Of a stretch of DNA of 64,000 nt, positions 33,448 through 43,246 are shown piece by piece. The position numbers and the translations under genes are program-made. Within the stretch, counting starts at the first letter, position 1; the number at the start of each line of letters is the position of its first letter. Below the pieces are notes generated by a model that did no database searches, was not told the DNA's origin, and was given only the letters and a program-made list of their open reading frames with translations. Source of the stretch: an uncultured Ectothiorhodospiraceae bacterium (GTDB lineage Bacteria; Pseudomonadota; Gammaproteobacteria; Nitrococcales; Nitrococcaceae); assembly GCA_913057145.1 (NCBI GenBank), contig CAJXNJ010000004.1, positions 4,409 to 68,408 on the forward strand, in the 5' to 3' direction.

Positions 33448-33449
33448 GC

Positions 33450-34127
<678 letters not shown>

Positions 34128-35279
34128 TTATTCGGTCGTAAGCGCCTGCAACCTGCCCCGCAGATCGAGAATATAGACACCCCCGTCAACAACGAGCGGT
34201 GCGGCGCTGATGCGTGCGTTACCCACGCGATAAGTCGTCACGATACGGCCATCGGCGGGATCAATCCAGTAGACACCACCATCGCTGGCTGCCAGCAGCA
34301 CGTAACCGGCATGCACCACCGGCTCACTCAACTGCAGCCCTTCCAGGTCATCCAGTCGCCAGACAGAAGCCCCATTGCGTCGGTCAAAGGCCCAGAGTCG
34401 GCCCTCGGTATCCGTGACATAGAGGTTATCGGCATCGGCCGCGAGCCCACCAATGACTGAGACATCCCGTGCCCAGGCAATCTGCCCGCTCGCCAGCGCA
34501 ATACCGGCCACCCGGCCCTGATAAGTGCCGGCAAAAAGATCTCCACCAACTACCAGCGGATCGGCATCCAGGTCCACCATGCGTGCCAGATCCGTCCTGC
34601 CTTCCGGCACCGCCACAGTGGCTTCCCAGGCGGGATTACCCGAAGCCAGATCCAGCGCACTCAGCCGGCCATTATCGAAACCGGCAACGACGCCATCAGG
34701 CACCAATACCGGCGCGGAATGCCCACGCAGGCTGAGCACCGGGACGCTGCGACTGTAGAGCCATTCACGCACGCCGGTTTCCGCCGACAGAGCAACCACG
34801 CGTCCATCGCCTGTGCGAACGACCACACGGCCCTGACCCACGGCGGCGGGGGCCAGGACCTCACCGCCGAGTTCCGACCGCCAGCGCAGACTACCGTCCG
34901 TTGCCTCGAGGGCGAATACCCGACCCGTGGCGCTCGCCACGACCACAAGCCCCTCACCCGCTGCGACGGCACCGGAGATTTCAACATCGAGATCACGCGT
35001 CCAGCGCTCTGCCCCGTCACCGGCTGCCAGCGCTGTCACCTCGCCTTTGGCGGAAGCGGCAAAAATCATATCCTGCCAATGCGCGAGCTCCAGGCGATGA
35101 TAAGGCACCGAAGCACGGCCGACGCGGGCACTCCAGAGCGCTTGCACCCCGACCGCAGGCTCATCCACCAACTCCAGCTGCGGCGAGTCATCGGCGCTGA
35201 GAATATCCCGCCCACCGCAACCGGCCAGAACCAGTGCCAAACAAACAATAACGCCAACGCGCAGCCAATATCCGGTCAT
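34128..35279 (-). CDS. bamB: Outer membrane protein assembly lipoprotein BamB
   Basis: Lipobox LAGC, PQQ-like beta-propeller repeats, RMVDLDADP; follows yfgM. Confidence 0.93.
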   Translation of the reverse strand: MTGYWLRVGVIVCLALVLAGCGGRDILSADDSPQLELVDEPAVGVQALWSARVGRASVPYHRLELAHWQDMIFAASAKGEVTALAAGDGAERWTRDLDVEISGAVAAGEGLVVVASATGRVFALEATDGSLRWRSELGGEVLAPAAVGQGRVVVRTGDGRVVALSAETGVREWLYSRSVPVLSLRGHSAPVLVPDGVVAGFDNGRLSALDLASGNPAWEATVAVPEGRTDLARMVDLDADPLVVGGDLFAGTYQGRVAGIALASGQIAWARDVSVIGGLAADADNLYVTDTEGRLWAFDRRNGASVWRLDDLEGLQLSEPVVHAGYVLLAASDGGVYWIDPADGRIVTTYRVGNARISAAPLVVDGGVYILDLRGRLQALTTE

Positions 35280-35905
35280 GATGCGGGCGATCCTCCAAGA
35301 TCAAACAGTTTGACTTCCACCAGTGCCCGGCGCTGTCCGGCCATGCCCTTGAGGGCTTCCTGATAGGCGTTAATCGCAGCCTCACGGTTGCCAAGCGCGA
35401 GTTCCAGGTCTCCACGCAATTCGTAATACCGTGCCGACAATGCACCCGCGGCCGGCGGCTCGAGCAACTGCAGGGCGCCAGCGTCATCGCCGGCAGCAGC
35501 AAGCGCTTCAGCCTGTCGCAACCGCGCAATATCCGCCATCGGTGACGCCGGCTGCTCGGAGACCACCCAGCCAAGCGTCTCGGCAGCCGCCTCCGGCTCT
35601 CCCCGGGCCATCTGGCTTGCCGCCAGTGCAAAACTGGCCAGCGCCGCATGCGGACTGCTACCCCGTGAGTCCCTGAGAGACTGCAGGCGATTGCCCGCAC
35701 CCTGCAGATCGCCGGCATCAAGCGCCGTCAGCACCGCCGAATACTCCGAAGAGGCCGCTGCCGCCTGTCTTGCCTGCCAGCTGTTCCATTGCTGCCAGCC
35801 AACCAACAGCACCAACGCCGAGACCACGGCGATGATCACAAAGCGGCCGTTATCCCGCCACCAGCGTTTTATGGCTTCGAGTTGTTCCTCGTCATCGTAG
35901 GCCAC
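35276..35905 (-). CDS. yfgM: Ancillary SecYEG subunit YfgM (TPR)
   Basis: YDDEEQLEAIKRWWRDNG, single TM, ELRGD..AY..AL; GTG start. Confidence 0.92.
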   Translation of the reverse strand: MAYDDEEQLEAIKRWWRDNGRFVIIAVVSALVLLVGWQQWNSWQARQAAAASSEYSAVLTALDAGDLQGAGNRLQSLRDSRGSSPHAALASFALAASQMARGEPEAAAETLGWVVSEQPASPMADIARLRQAEALAAAGDDAGALQLLEPPAAGALSARYYELRGDLELALGNREAAINAYQEALKGMAGQRRALVEVKLFDLGGSPAS

Positions 35906-35925
35906 GTTGTATCCTTTCTCTCGCT

Positions 35926-37200
35926 TTAGCGATTAGTCAGTTCGCAGAGTAACGTCGGCACCTGATCCAGCGCCAGCGCATATTGCTGTGCTTCACCGCG
36001 GAGATCCTTCACCAGGACCTCGCCCGCCTCGGCCTCGGCCTGGCCTCGAATCAGTGCCAGCGCCGCTCCGCTGCGATCCGCGCGTCGCAGCTGGCTTTTC
36101 ATCGAACCCCCACCGAGATGCAGCTGGATATGCAGGCTCGGGTCAGCCTCTCGCCAGCGCTCAACAAGCGCCAGGGTATCGGCTTCGAGCTGGGGATCAC
36201 CAACCACGACATAAGCCTGAGGCGGTTGCACCTGCGGCGCGTGCCCGCTCTCCTCAACCAGCGCCACGAGCCGCTCGAGCCCGGCAGCGAATCCGATCGC
36301 AGGCGTCGCCGGCCCCCCAATCATCTCCACCAGAACATCGTAACGTCCACCGGCGAGAACCGTGCCCTGAGCCCCCAGCTCATCACTGATCCACTCAAAG
36401 ACCGTACCGCCATAATAATCGAGCCCGCGGACCAGACGCCGGTTGACCACGTAAGCCTGGCCGGCAGCATCAAGCATGGCGCAGAGGCCCGCGAAATGAG
36501 CCGTGGATTCTTCACCAAGGAAATCATGCAGATCCGGGGCATTGTCCACGATCGGCCTCATCGCCGGATTCTTGCTGTCAAGAATACGCAGAGGGTTGCT
36601 GTAGAGCCGTCGTTTGGCATCGTCATCGAGCGCATCACCATGCCCCTCGAAATACTCGATGAGTGCTGCGCGATAACGGGCGCGGTCATCCGCTGTTCCC
36701 AGATCATTGATCTCCAGGCGAATATCCTTCAGGCCCAGATCACGGAGAATGCGGCCGGCGAGCAGGATCAATTCCGCATCCTGACCCGGCCCCGGATAAC
36801 CGAAGACCTCGGCCCCGATCTGATGGAACTGCCGATAACGGCCTTTCTGCGGGCGCTCATGCCGGAACATCGGACCTGAGTACCAGAGCTTGCTGCGGGC
36901 GTTGTGCAAAAGCCCGTTTTCAAGTGCTGCGCGCACACAGCCGGCTGTCCCCTCCGGCCGCAGGGTCAGGCTATCCCCGTTGCGATCATCGAAGGTGTAC
37001 ATTTCCTTCTCGACAATGTCGGTCACCTCTCCGATCGAGCGCGAGAAAAGCGCGGTTTTCTCGATCACCGGCAGACGGATCTCGGCGAATCCATAGCGCT
37101 CCAGCGCGCGCTGAAAGGTCTGCTCAACAAACCGCCACACCGGCGTCTGCGCCGGCAATATATCGCTAAAGCCGCGGATGCTTTGAATCGTGTTGCCCAA
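35926..37200 (-). CDS. hisS: Histidine--tRNA ligase
   Basis: LRPEGTA, FRHERPQKGRYRQFHQ, LVRGLDYY, GGRYD; TTG start. Confidence 0.98.
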   Translation of the reverse strand: MGNTIQSIRGFSDILPAQTPVWRFVEQTFQRALERYGFAEIRLPVIEKTALFSRSIGEVTDIVEKEMYTFDDRNGDSLTLRPEGTAGCVRAALENGLLHNARSKLWYSGPMFRHERPQKGRYRQFHQIGAEVFGYPGPGQDAELILLAGRILRDLGLKDIRLEINDLGTADDRARYRAALIEYFEGHGDALDDDAKRRLYSNPLRILDSKNPAMRPIVDNAPDLHDFLGEESTAHFAGLCAMLDAAGQAYVVNRRLVRGLDYYGGTVFEWISDELGAQGTVLAGGRYDVLVEMIGGPATPAIGFAAGLERLVALVEESGHAPQVQPPQAYVVVGDPQLEADTLALVERWREADPSLHIQLHLGGGSMKSQLRRADRSGAALALIRGQAEAEAGEVLVKDLRGEAQQYALALDQVPTLLCELTNR

Positions 37201-37212
37201 TGTTTTCTCTTC

Positions 37213-38208
37213 TTAAGAATCGTCGAGAGTAAAACGTGCCACTTTATCGCGGGCATAAGCCTGCAGGTCGACAGCCTCGCCGGAGAATTCCAGCTCAACG
37301 GAATCCGTATTCCCGATCACGATGTCAAAAGGCGGCTCACCGACGAGTCGCTCCTCACCCGCACTGGCCATGCCGAAATAAAGCCGCTCGCCGGATCCGT
37401 CCGTGACTTCAAGCCAGGAGTCACCACTGAGTGTAAAAAGCAATGCATCAACCCCGGCGGCGGCCACCGAATCGGGCTCAACCGCGGACTGCCGGGGGGT
37501 TTCAGTCTCAGTCTCAGCCTCAGGGGCTGGCTCTGTTTCTGGCTGCGGCTCTGGCTCTGGCTGTGGCTGTGGCGCCGGCTCAGGCGCCGTCTCTGGCTGA
37601 GGCTCAGGTTCAGGCAGTGGTTCCGGCGCCCGGTCAGGCCCAGAGGCCGGCTCGGTAATCGGCTCGGCCTCGATCGGCTGTTCTGCCTCCGTCTGGGGTT
37701 CCACTTCGGTCTGACTCTCGGCCGCCGGAGCTGAATCTTCACTTTCGGATGACATGAACTGTTGATTCTGCGCGAGCCACCAACCCACAGCTCCGAGGGC
37801 GGCGAGCAAAAGCAGAATTATCAGCGCCAGCGTCAGGAAACCCGGCCCCGTGCGGAGCGCCGCACGGGGTTTGGCGCCACCGAATGAGTCTGTCCCGGCA
37901 CGGGCAATTAACGGGCTTGAAGCATCATCGCCTGCCGCCTCAGCCAGTGCGGCGAGCAGCGGCTCGGCCGGAATGCCGAGCAATTGGCTGTAGGAGCGCA
38001 CATAGCCCTGGACGAAGGTCAGCGGTGGCAGGGCCGCGTAGTTGTCGGCTTCGAGATGTTCAATGGTCTTTCGGTTCAGATGCAACGCCTCGGCGACCTG
38101 CTCGAGCGTCATATCCCGTTGCAGCCTCTCTTCTCGCAGCTGCTTGCCCGGGCCCGGCATTGTCTGCTCGGTCCCCGCTTCGGACGCCTTGGTGTTTTTA
38201 ATACTCAT
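37213..38208 (-). CDS. rodZ: Cytoskeleton protein RodZ
   Basis: N-terminal HTH (FVQGYVRSYSQLLG), TM, Pro/Glu linker, C-terminal DSWLEVTD...PFDIVIGN domain. Confidence 0.92.
   Translation of the reverse strand: MSIKNTKASEAGTEQTMPGPGKQLREERLQRDMTLEQVAEALHLNRKTIEHLEADNYAALPPLTFVQGYVRSYSQLLGIPAEPLLAALAEAAGDDASSPLIARAGTDSFGGAKPRAALRTGPGFLTLALIILLLLAALGAVGWWLAQNQQFMSSESEDSAPAAESQTEVEPQTEAEQPIEAEPITEPASGPDRAPEPLPEPEPQPETAPEPAPQPQPEPEPQPETEPAPEAETETETPRQSAVEPDSVAAAGVDALLFTLSGDSWLEVTDGSGERLYFGMASAGEERLVGEPPFDIVIGNTDSVELEFSGEAVDLQAYARDKVARFTLDDS
37497..37625 (-). repeat. Degenerate hexanucleotide tandem repeats encoding a (PE/PQ/TE)n linker in rodZ
   Basis: Plus strand ctctgg ctctgg ctgtgg ctgtgg and tcagtc tcagtc tcagcc; protein PEPLPEPEPQPETAPEPAPQPQPEPEPQPETEPAPEAETETETP. 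Confidence 0.8.
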
Positions 38209-38851
38209 CGCGATCCACCCGATCAGCCAGTTGGCTGCGTGATTCCCCCAAAGCCTCAGTGTAGCGCGAAAAGCCCTGAGTTGCGGCACCGCCTTGCTTC
38301 AATGCCCGAGCGGCTTCGGCCAGTCCATCGATCGCTGGCGGATAACCCGGACGGGCATCGAGGGCTCGCTGCCAGTAACTGCGCGCCGCTGCCCAGTGAC
38401 CGGCATTCGCCAGACAGCGGCCAGCATTACTCAGCGCCATCGCCCTGCCCTCATAGAGCCGATTGGAGGCAGCCAGCGTCCAGAGATCGAGGGCTCGCTC
38501 GATCTGTGAATCCCGGCAGAGGAAGGCGGCATAGTTATTCAAAGCCGCCCCGTTGTCGGGTTCCAACTGCAGGGCCCGCTGATAGTGCCGGCTGGCAATC
38601 TCCGGGCGATCGATGCGGGCGTTGAGTTCCGCGGCAATGACGTGCGCGGCGGTGAGATCCGGAGACTGCTCAAGTGCGCGCTCGACCTTCTCCAGCGCCT
38701 CGGCGTAATCCCCGCGCTGCAGGTGGTAGGCGGCAATATCCGTATTCGCCTTTGCCGCCCGGGCAGCCTGCTCCGCACCGACCGGCCCGATTGGCTGAAC
38801 CGCGCAGCCGCATAGCATCCCAAGGATTGCTCCAAGGCATGCCCAGCGCAT
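38198..38851 (-). CDS. pilW: Type IV pilus pilotin PilW/PilF-like TPR lipoprotein (short C-terminus)
   Basis: Lipobox LCGC, TPRs, ALNNYAAFLC and NAGRC; position between rlmN and rodZ. Confidence 0.85.
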   Translation of the reverse strand: MRWACLGAILGMLCGCAVQPIGPVGAEQAARAAKANTDIAAYHLQRGDYAEALEKVERALEQSPDLTAAHVIAAELNARIDRPEIASRHYQRALQLEPDNGAALNNYAAFLCRDSQIERALDLWTLAASNRLYEGRAMALSNAGRCLANAGHWAAARSYWQRALDARPGYPPAIDGLAEAARALKQGGAATQGFSRYTEALGESRSQLADRVDRDEY

Positions 38852-39981
38852 CAGGAATCAGCCTTCTCCGCACTTTGTTTGCCGCGATTGCGTCGGTTGA
38901 TCACCTGACCAACCAACTGCCCGCAGGCACCGTCGATATCCTGCCCCCGGGTCCGACGGATGGTGGTAATAAACCCGGCCTGCTGCAGCGTCTCGGCAAA
39001 CCGCAGGATACGGTCCCGGGGTGAGCACCGATATGCCGAGCCCGGGAACGGATTGAAAGGAATCAGATTGATCTTGGAAGGAACCCCACGCAGCAGCGAG
39101 ATCAGCTCACGCGCGTTTTTCTGGCTGTCGTTGACACCGTCGAGCATCACGTATTCCCAGTAGATGCAGCGATGAGGGGTGTTATCGACATAATGCTCGC
39201 AGGCCGGTATGAGCTCTCGCAGCGGATATTTGCGATTGATGGGGACAATCTCATCACGCAAGGGATCATTGGGCGCATGCAAAGAGACCGCAAGGCTGAT
39301 GTGGCTGTGCTCGGCCAAGCGATACAGGGCCGGCACGAGCCCCACCGTTGAGAGCGTCACCCGACGCCGTGACAACCCCCAGGCATAGGGGTCGACCATG
39401 AGGTTGGTCGCCGGCACGACATTGCGGAAGTTGGCGAGCGGCTCCCCCATTCCCATCAGAACCACATTGGTCACGCGCCGCCCGCGTCCCTCGGCTTCGA
39501 GCGCCTGTGTGGCGTAGTGCAGCTGCCCGATGATCTCCGCGGCGGTGAGGTTTCGATTGAAACCCTGCTTGCCGGTGGAGCAGAACCCGCAGTCCAGCGC
39601 GCAACCGACCTGAGAGGAAACGCACAGGGTGCCGCGATCACGCTCAGGGATATAGACCGTCTCGACGGCCTGACCGCTCTCAAGCGCCAGCAACCACTTA
39701 CGCGTACCGTCACTGGATTCCCGATCGAAGATCGCCTGTGGCAGCGTCTGCTCTGAGATGGTTTTAAGCGTTGCGCGAAAACCCTTCGCCAGGTCAGTCA
39801 TCGCGTCAAGGTCAAAGACCTGGCGCTGATGCAGCCACTGCCGAAGCTGCTTGCTGCGAAAGGGCTTCTCACCCAGTTCAGCAAGCAGCGACTGCAACCC
39901 CGCCTCATCCAGGCCGAGCAGATTCACCCGGCCTGCGGCGGTCAGCGGCCTTGCTTCAACGGCGGCTGTGGAGCTCATCAT
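38851..39981 (-). CDS. rlmN: Dual-specificity RNA methyltransferase RlmN (radical SAM)
   Basis: [32 protein letters not shown]; start overlaps the ndk 3' end. Confidence 0.97.
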   Translation of the reverse strand: MMSSTAAVEARPLTAAGRVNLLGLDEAGLQSLLAELGEKPFRSKQLRQWLHQRQVFDLDAMTDLAKGFRATLKTISEQTLPQAIFDRESSDGTRKWLLALESGQAVETVYIPERDRGTLCVSSQVGCALDCGFCSTGKQGFNRNLTAAEIIGQLHYATQALEAEGRGRRVTNVVLMGMGEPLANFRNVVPATNLMVDPYAWGLSRRRVTLSTVGLVPALYRLAEHSHISLAVSLHAPNDPLRDEIVPINRKYPLRELIPACEHYVDNTPHRCIYWEYVMLDGVNDSQKNARELISLLRGVPSKINLIPFNPFPGSAYRCSPRDRILRFAETLQQAGFITTIRRTRGQDIDGACGQLVGQVINRRNRGKQSAEKADS

Positions 39982-40384
39982 CGGCAAAGAAGTAAGCGAT
40001 CTCTTCGCGGGCTGTCTCAGGGGCGTCAGAGCCGTGCACCGCATTGGCATCGATGGTCTCGGCCAGATCGTGCCGAATGGTACCGGCAGCGGCTTCAGCC
40101 GGGTTGGTGGCACCCATGATTTCGCGGTTCTTGCGAATCGCGTCCTCACCTTCGAGCACCTGAACCACAATGGGCCCGGAAGTCATGAATTTCACCAGAT
40201 CACCGAAGAAGGGACGCTCGCGATGGACGGCATAAAATCCCTCGGCCTGTTCCTGGCTGAGGTGCATCATGCGGGAGGCGATGATTTCAAGCCCGGCAGT
40301 CTCAAAACGCCGATAAATCTCGCCAATATGATTCTTGGCGACGGCATCGGGCTTGACGATGGAAAGCGTGCGCTCAACGGCCAT
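39956..40384 (-). CDS. ndk: Nucleoside diphosphate kinase
   Basis: [34 protein letters not shown]; AGGAG SD. Confidence 0.98.
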   Translation of the reverse strand: MAVERTLSIVKPDAVAKNHIGEIYRRFETAGLEIIASRMMHLSQEQAEGFYAVHRERPFFGDLVKFMTSGPIVVQVLEGEDAIRKNREIMGATNPAEAAAGTIRHDLAETIDANAVHGSDAPETAREEIAYFFADDELHSRR

Positions 40385-40424
40385 GGATATAAACTCCTGA
40401 TTACTTCCGGGTAAAGCCGGACTG

Positions 40425-40460
40425 AAAAAACAAAAACCCACCCGCAATGGCGCAGTGGGC
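40425..40460 (-). terminator. Intrinsic terminator-like hairpin between iscA and ndk
   Basis: GCCCACTGCGC-CATT-GCGGGTGGGT then TTTTGTTTTTT. Confidence 0.75.
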
Positions 40461-40474
40461 CCAAATCCGGCCAC

Positions 40475-40503
40475 AGTCTAACCACCCGACCGGGTAGCGG
40501 CAA
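40475..40503 (-). promoter_or_regulatory. Putative sigma70 promoter upstream of ndk
   Basis: TTGCCG (40503-40498), 17 bp, TAGACT (40480-40475). Confidence 0.6.
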
Positions 40504-40830
40504 TCACTGCACCGAGAAGCTTTCTCCACAACCGCACTCGGCGGTGACATTCGGGTTGCGGAAGCTGAAGCGCTGATTGAGCCCGTCCTGGACAAAATCC
40601 ACTTCCATACCTTCGAGAAACGGCAGGCTCTGACGGTCAATGACGACCGACACACCGTGCTGCTCGACCAGGGTATCTTCGGCGCCCACGTCCTCGGCGT
40701 AATCCACCGTGTACATGAACCCGGAACACCCGGAAGTCTTGACGCCCAGGCGCAGACCAACACCGCTGCCATGCCGGGAGAGCGAATCACGAATATGCGC
40801 GGCTGCGCGTTCTGTCAGCTGAATACTCAT
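40504..40830 (-). CDS. iscA: A-type Fe-S carrier IscA
   Basis: LRLGVKTSGCSG, FRNPN, ECGCGESF; all three Cys intact. Confidence 0.93.
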   Translation of the reverse strand: MSIQLTERAAAHIRDSLSRHGSGVGLRLGVKTSGCSGFMYTVDYAEDVGAEDTLVEQHGVSVVIDRQSLPFLEGMEVDFVQDGLNQRFSFRNPNVTAECGCGESFSVQ

Positions 40831-40832
40831 AC

Positions 40833-41201
40833 TCAACATCCACCTCCTTTGACCTCTTCTGCCGCCAATGCCGAGCGCAGGGCATCCTCGATCACCAGAG
40901 CCTGGGTTTTCGCCACCGCACTCACCGCCAGACTCTCAGCGAGCCAGCGCCCGGTCACCGCCTCGGCGCGAGCGATGGGCGCGCCGGTTAACTGATGCCC
41001 GAGCCATCCGGCCATCCTGACGGCCTCGAGGCTACCAAACACCTCAAAACAAACCGCCTTGAGGCATTCATTGTCAAGCCTGACCCAGCAATCAACCCGG
41101 CAGTCATCCTCCAGGCGGCCCGCTCGACCATGTCGATACCCCGCCGGCACAATCGGCGCGCCCAAATGCGCTTGATACTGATCGTCGAGCCAACCCTGCA
41201 T
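40833..41201 (-). CDS. Divergent IscU/NifU-N fold protein lacking canonical Cys ligands
   Basis: Occupies the iscU slot; manual alignment FEVFGS~FKTYGC, QLTG~WVKG, LAESL~IAEEL, VIEDALRSAL~LAEDAIKAAI. Confidence 0.72.
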   Translation of the reverse strand: MQGWLDDQYQAHLGAPIVPAGYRHGRAGRLEDDCRVDCWVRLDNECLKAVCFEVFGSLEAVRMAGWLGHQLTGAPIARAEAVTGRWLAESLAVSAVAKTQALVIEDALRSALAAEEVKGGGC

Positions 41202-41205
41202 GATT

Positions 41206-42420
41206 TCAAGCCAGATTCAGTGGGGTTGTGACCGAGTAGACACTTTCAATGGATGCGCCGGCCTGCAGCTCGCGCCAGACCGGAGAGACGGCACGCAGGG
41301 CCTGCACCGCCTCAGCCACCGTCTCGGCGATCTCTTCGACGGCCTCAGCGGTTGTAAACCGCCCCAGACTGAAGCGCACGGATGCATGCGCCAGTGCATC
41401 CGGACGGCCCATCGCCCGCAGCACATGGGATGGGCCCTCACGGCTACTGCAGGCGGAGCCGAAGCCGACCATGCAATTGGCAAGCAGCCCGCGAAGCGCT
41501 TCACCATGAACACCGGCAAAAGCAACATTGAGGATATGCGGCGAGCCGTCCTCACGGCTGTTCAGCACCACCCCCTCTAGCGCCGCCATTCGCCGGCGCA
41601 GTTGCTGCCATAGGGCGCGTTGCCGCTCGCCTTCCGAGGGACTGTCCGGATGCCGGAATGCCTCGGCCATACCCGCGATCAACGGCACCGGCAATGTCCC
41701 CGAGCGCAGTCCCTGTTGCTGGCCACCCCCATGGATCATCGCATCGAGCCGCACTGCCGGACGATAGCAGAGCGCGCCAATACCCTTCGGCCCATAGAAC
41801 TTGTGCGCCGAGACCACCAACAGATCCGCGCTGGAGAAAAGCGCTGGATCATGCAGACGCCCGGCCGCCTGGGCGGCGTCGACATGCAACAGCGCACCTG
41901 CGGCATGCACTTTCTCAGCGATGCTGCCGACATCCTGGATGACGCCGGTTTCATTGTTCACAAGCGCGATACTGACCAGCGCCACGGTTTCATCGAGTGC
42001 GGCATCCAGAGAATCCGGACAGACCCTGCCATCAGCCCTCACCGCCAGGGTCTGCGCTTTCATCCCGTACTGCTCTGCCGCCTTCGCCGCCGCGAGCACC
42101 GCCGAGTGTTCCGTTGCCGGCAAAAGTAAGCGGTGACGGGCGCTACCGCGCGCCCTGAGCGCCGAGGCAGTCCCGAGAATTGCCAGATTGTCGGCCTCGG
42201 TCGCACCACTGGTCCACACCAGACGATGCGAGTCCAGACCAAGTGCATGGCGGACCGCGGCATCGGCCTCCTCTACACAGCGATGCGCTTCAAGCCCTGC
42301 CGGATGGATGCTTGAGGGATTGGCAACCGGCTCGCCCGGGCGCTGGTAATCCGCCATGACTTCCGCGACACGCGGGTCAAGCGGAGTGGTCGCGGCATAA
42401 TCAAAATAAGGCGCGCTCAT
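41206..42420 (-). CDS. iscS: Cysteine desulfurase, IscS-like (group I)
   Basis: [34 protein letters not shown] (PLP Lys), RSGT, GSAC catalytic Cys, RFSLGRFTT. Confidence 0.9.
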   Translation of the reverse strand: MSAPYFDYAATTPLDPRVAEVMADYQRPGEPVANPSSIHPAGLEAHRCVEEADAAVRHALGLDSHRLVWTSGATEADNLAILGTASALRARGSARHRLLLPATEHSAVLAAAKAAEQYGMKAQTLAVRADGRVCPDSLDAALDETVALVSIALVNNETGVIQDVGSIAEKVHAAGALLHVDAAQAAGRLHDPALFSSADLLVVSAHKFYGPKGIGALCYRPAVRLDAMIHGGGQQQGLRSGTLPVPLIAGMAEAFRHPDSPSEGERQRALWQQLRRRMAALEGVVLNSREDGSPHILNVAFAGVHGEALRGLLANCMVGFGSACSSREGPSHVLRAMGRPDALAHASVRFSLGRFTTAEAVEEIAETVAEAVQALRAVSPVWRELQAGASIESVYSVTTPLNLA

Positions 42421-43196
42421 TGCTTTGCGGCGGGCTCATCATCCATCGCGCAGTTCTCGATCTCGGGGATCTCGCTGTCGTTGACCTGCGCACCCAGCGC
42501 CCGCAGCGCGGCACACATCTCCTGGAGCCGGGCGTCGGTGTGGTGGACATGATCCAGAATGGCGTTAATGGCGTTTGCCACCGGGTCGGGCATATCGCGG
42601 GTTGCCCCATAGGCTTCAAAGCCGATCCGACGGGCCGTCTCGGCCCGGCGTTGATCAGCCTCGGTCGGTGGTGTTGCCTGATCCGCAATTCGCGCAACCC
42701 GTGCCGGAATACCCACCATGGTGGCCGCCGCGGGAACATCCTTGACCACCACGGCATTCGAGCCGATACGCGCACCATCACCGACATGCAACGGACCGAG
42801 CACCTTGGCACCGGCACCAACCACCACATCATTGCCCAGTGTCGGGTGGCGCTTACCCGGCTCCCAGGAGGTCCCGCCCAGCGTCACACCCTGGTACAAC
42901 GTGCAGTCATCCCCGACTTCTGCCGTCTCGCCGATCACAACACCCAGGCCATGATCAATGAAAAACCGCCGGCCGATCTTCGCCGCCGGATGAATCTCGA
43001 TACCCGTTAACAGACGCGCAATGACAGAGAAAAAGCGCGCCAGCCAGCGAAGTCGATGACGCCACAGCCAGTGATTCATCCGATGCAGGATGAGCGCGTG
43101 CACGCCGGGATAAGCGGTCAGCACCTCAAATCGATTGCGTGCTGCCGGGTCACGTTCAAAAACGCAGCTAATGTCCTCTCTGAGACGCTGGAACAT
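42417..43196 (-). CDS. cysE: Serine O-acetyltransferase
   Basis: [33 protein letters not shown]; stop overlaps iscS ATG. Confidence 0.97.
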   Translation of the reverse strand: MFQRLREDISCVFERDPAARNRFEVLTAYPGVHALILHRMNHWLWRHRLRWLARFFSVIARLLTGIEIHPAAKIGRRFFIDHGLGVVIGETAEVGDDCTLYQGVTLGGTSWEPGKRHPTLGNDVVVGAGAKVLGPLHVGDGARIGSNAVVVKDVPAAATMVGIPARVARIADQATPPTEADQRRAETARRIGFEAYGATRDMPDPVANAINAILDHVHHTDARLQEMCAALRALGAQVNDSEIPEIENCAMDDEPAAKQ

Positions 43197-43246
43197 AATC
43201 GCCACTCATTTCGCGTTTTATGCAGGAAAGCCTGCCAGTATACGCC

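Noticed and set aside
37497-37625. Repeat tract as a possible CRISPR or mobile repeat
   Set aside because: 6-bp in-frame coding repeats with no spacers and no cas genes
39982-40170. Long N-terminal extension of rlmN in the ORF track (similarly nuoF, nuoN, nuoD, ABC ATPase, hns, rodZ, der, fabI)
   Set aside because: Extensions overlap neighbouring genes or promoters and lack family similarity; starts were moved downstream
40833-40850. C-terminal KGGGC of the IscU-like protein, resembling a ThiS/MoaD/CysO di-glycine sulfur-carrier tail
   Set aside because: The codons AAA GGA GGT GGA TGT are the Shine-Dalgarno region of iscA, which explains the residues; the fold is not beta-grasp. Revisit only if conserved in orthologues
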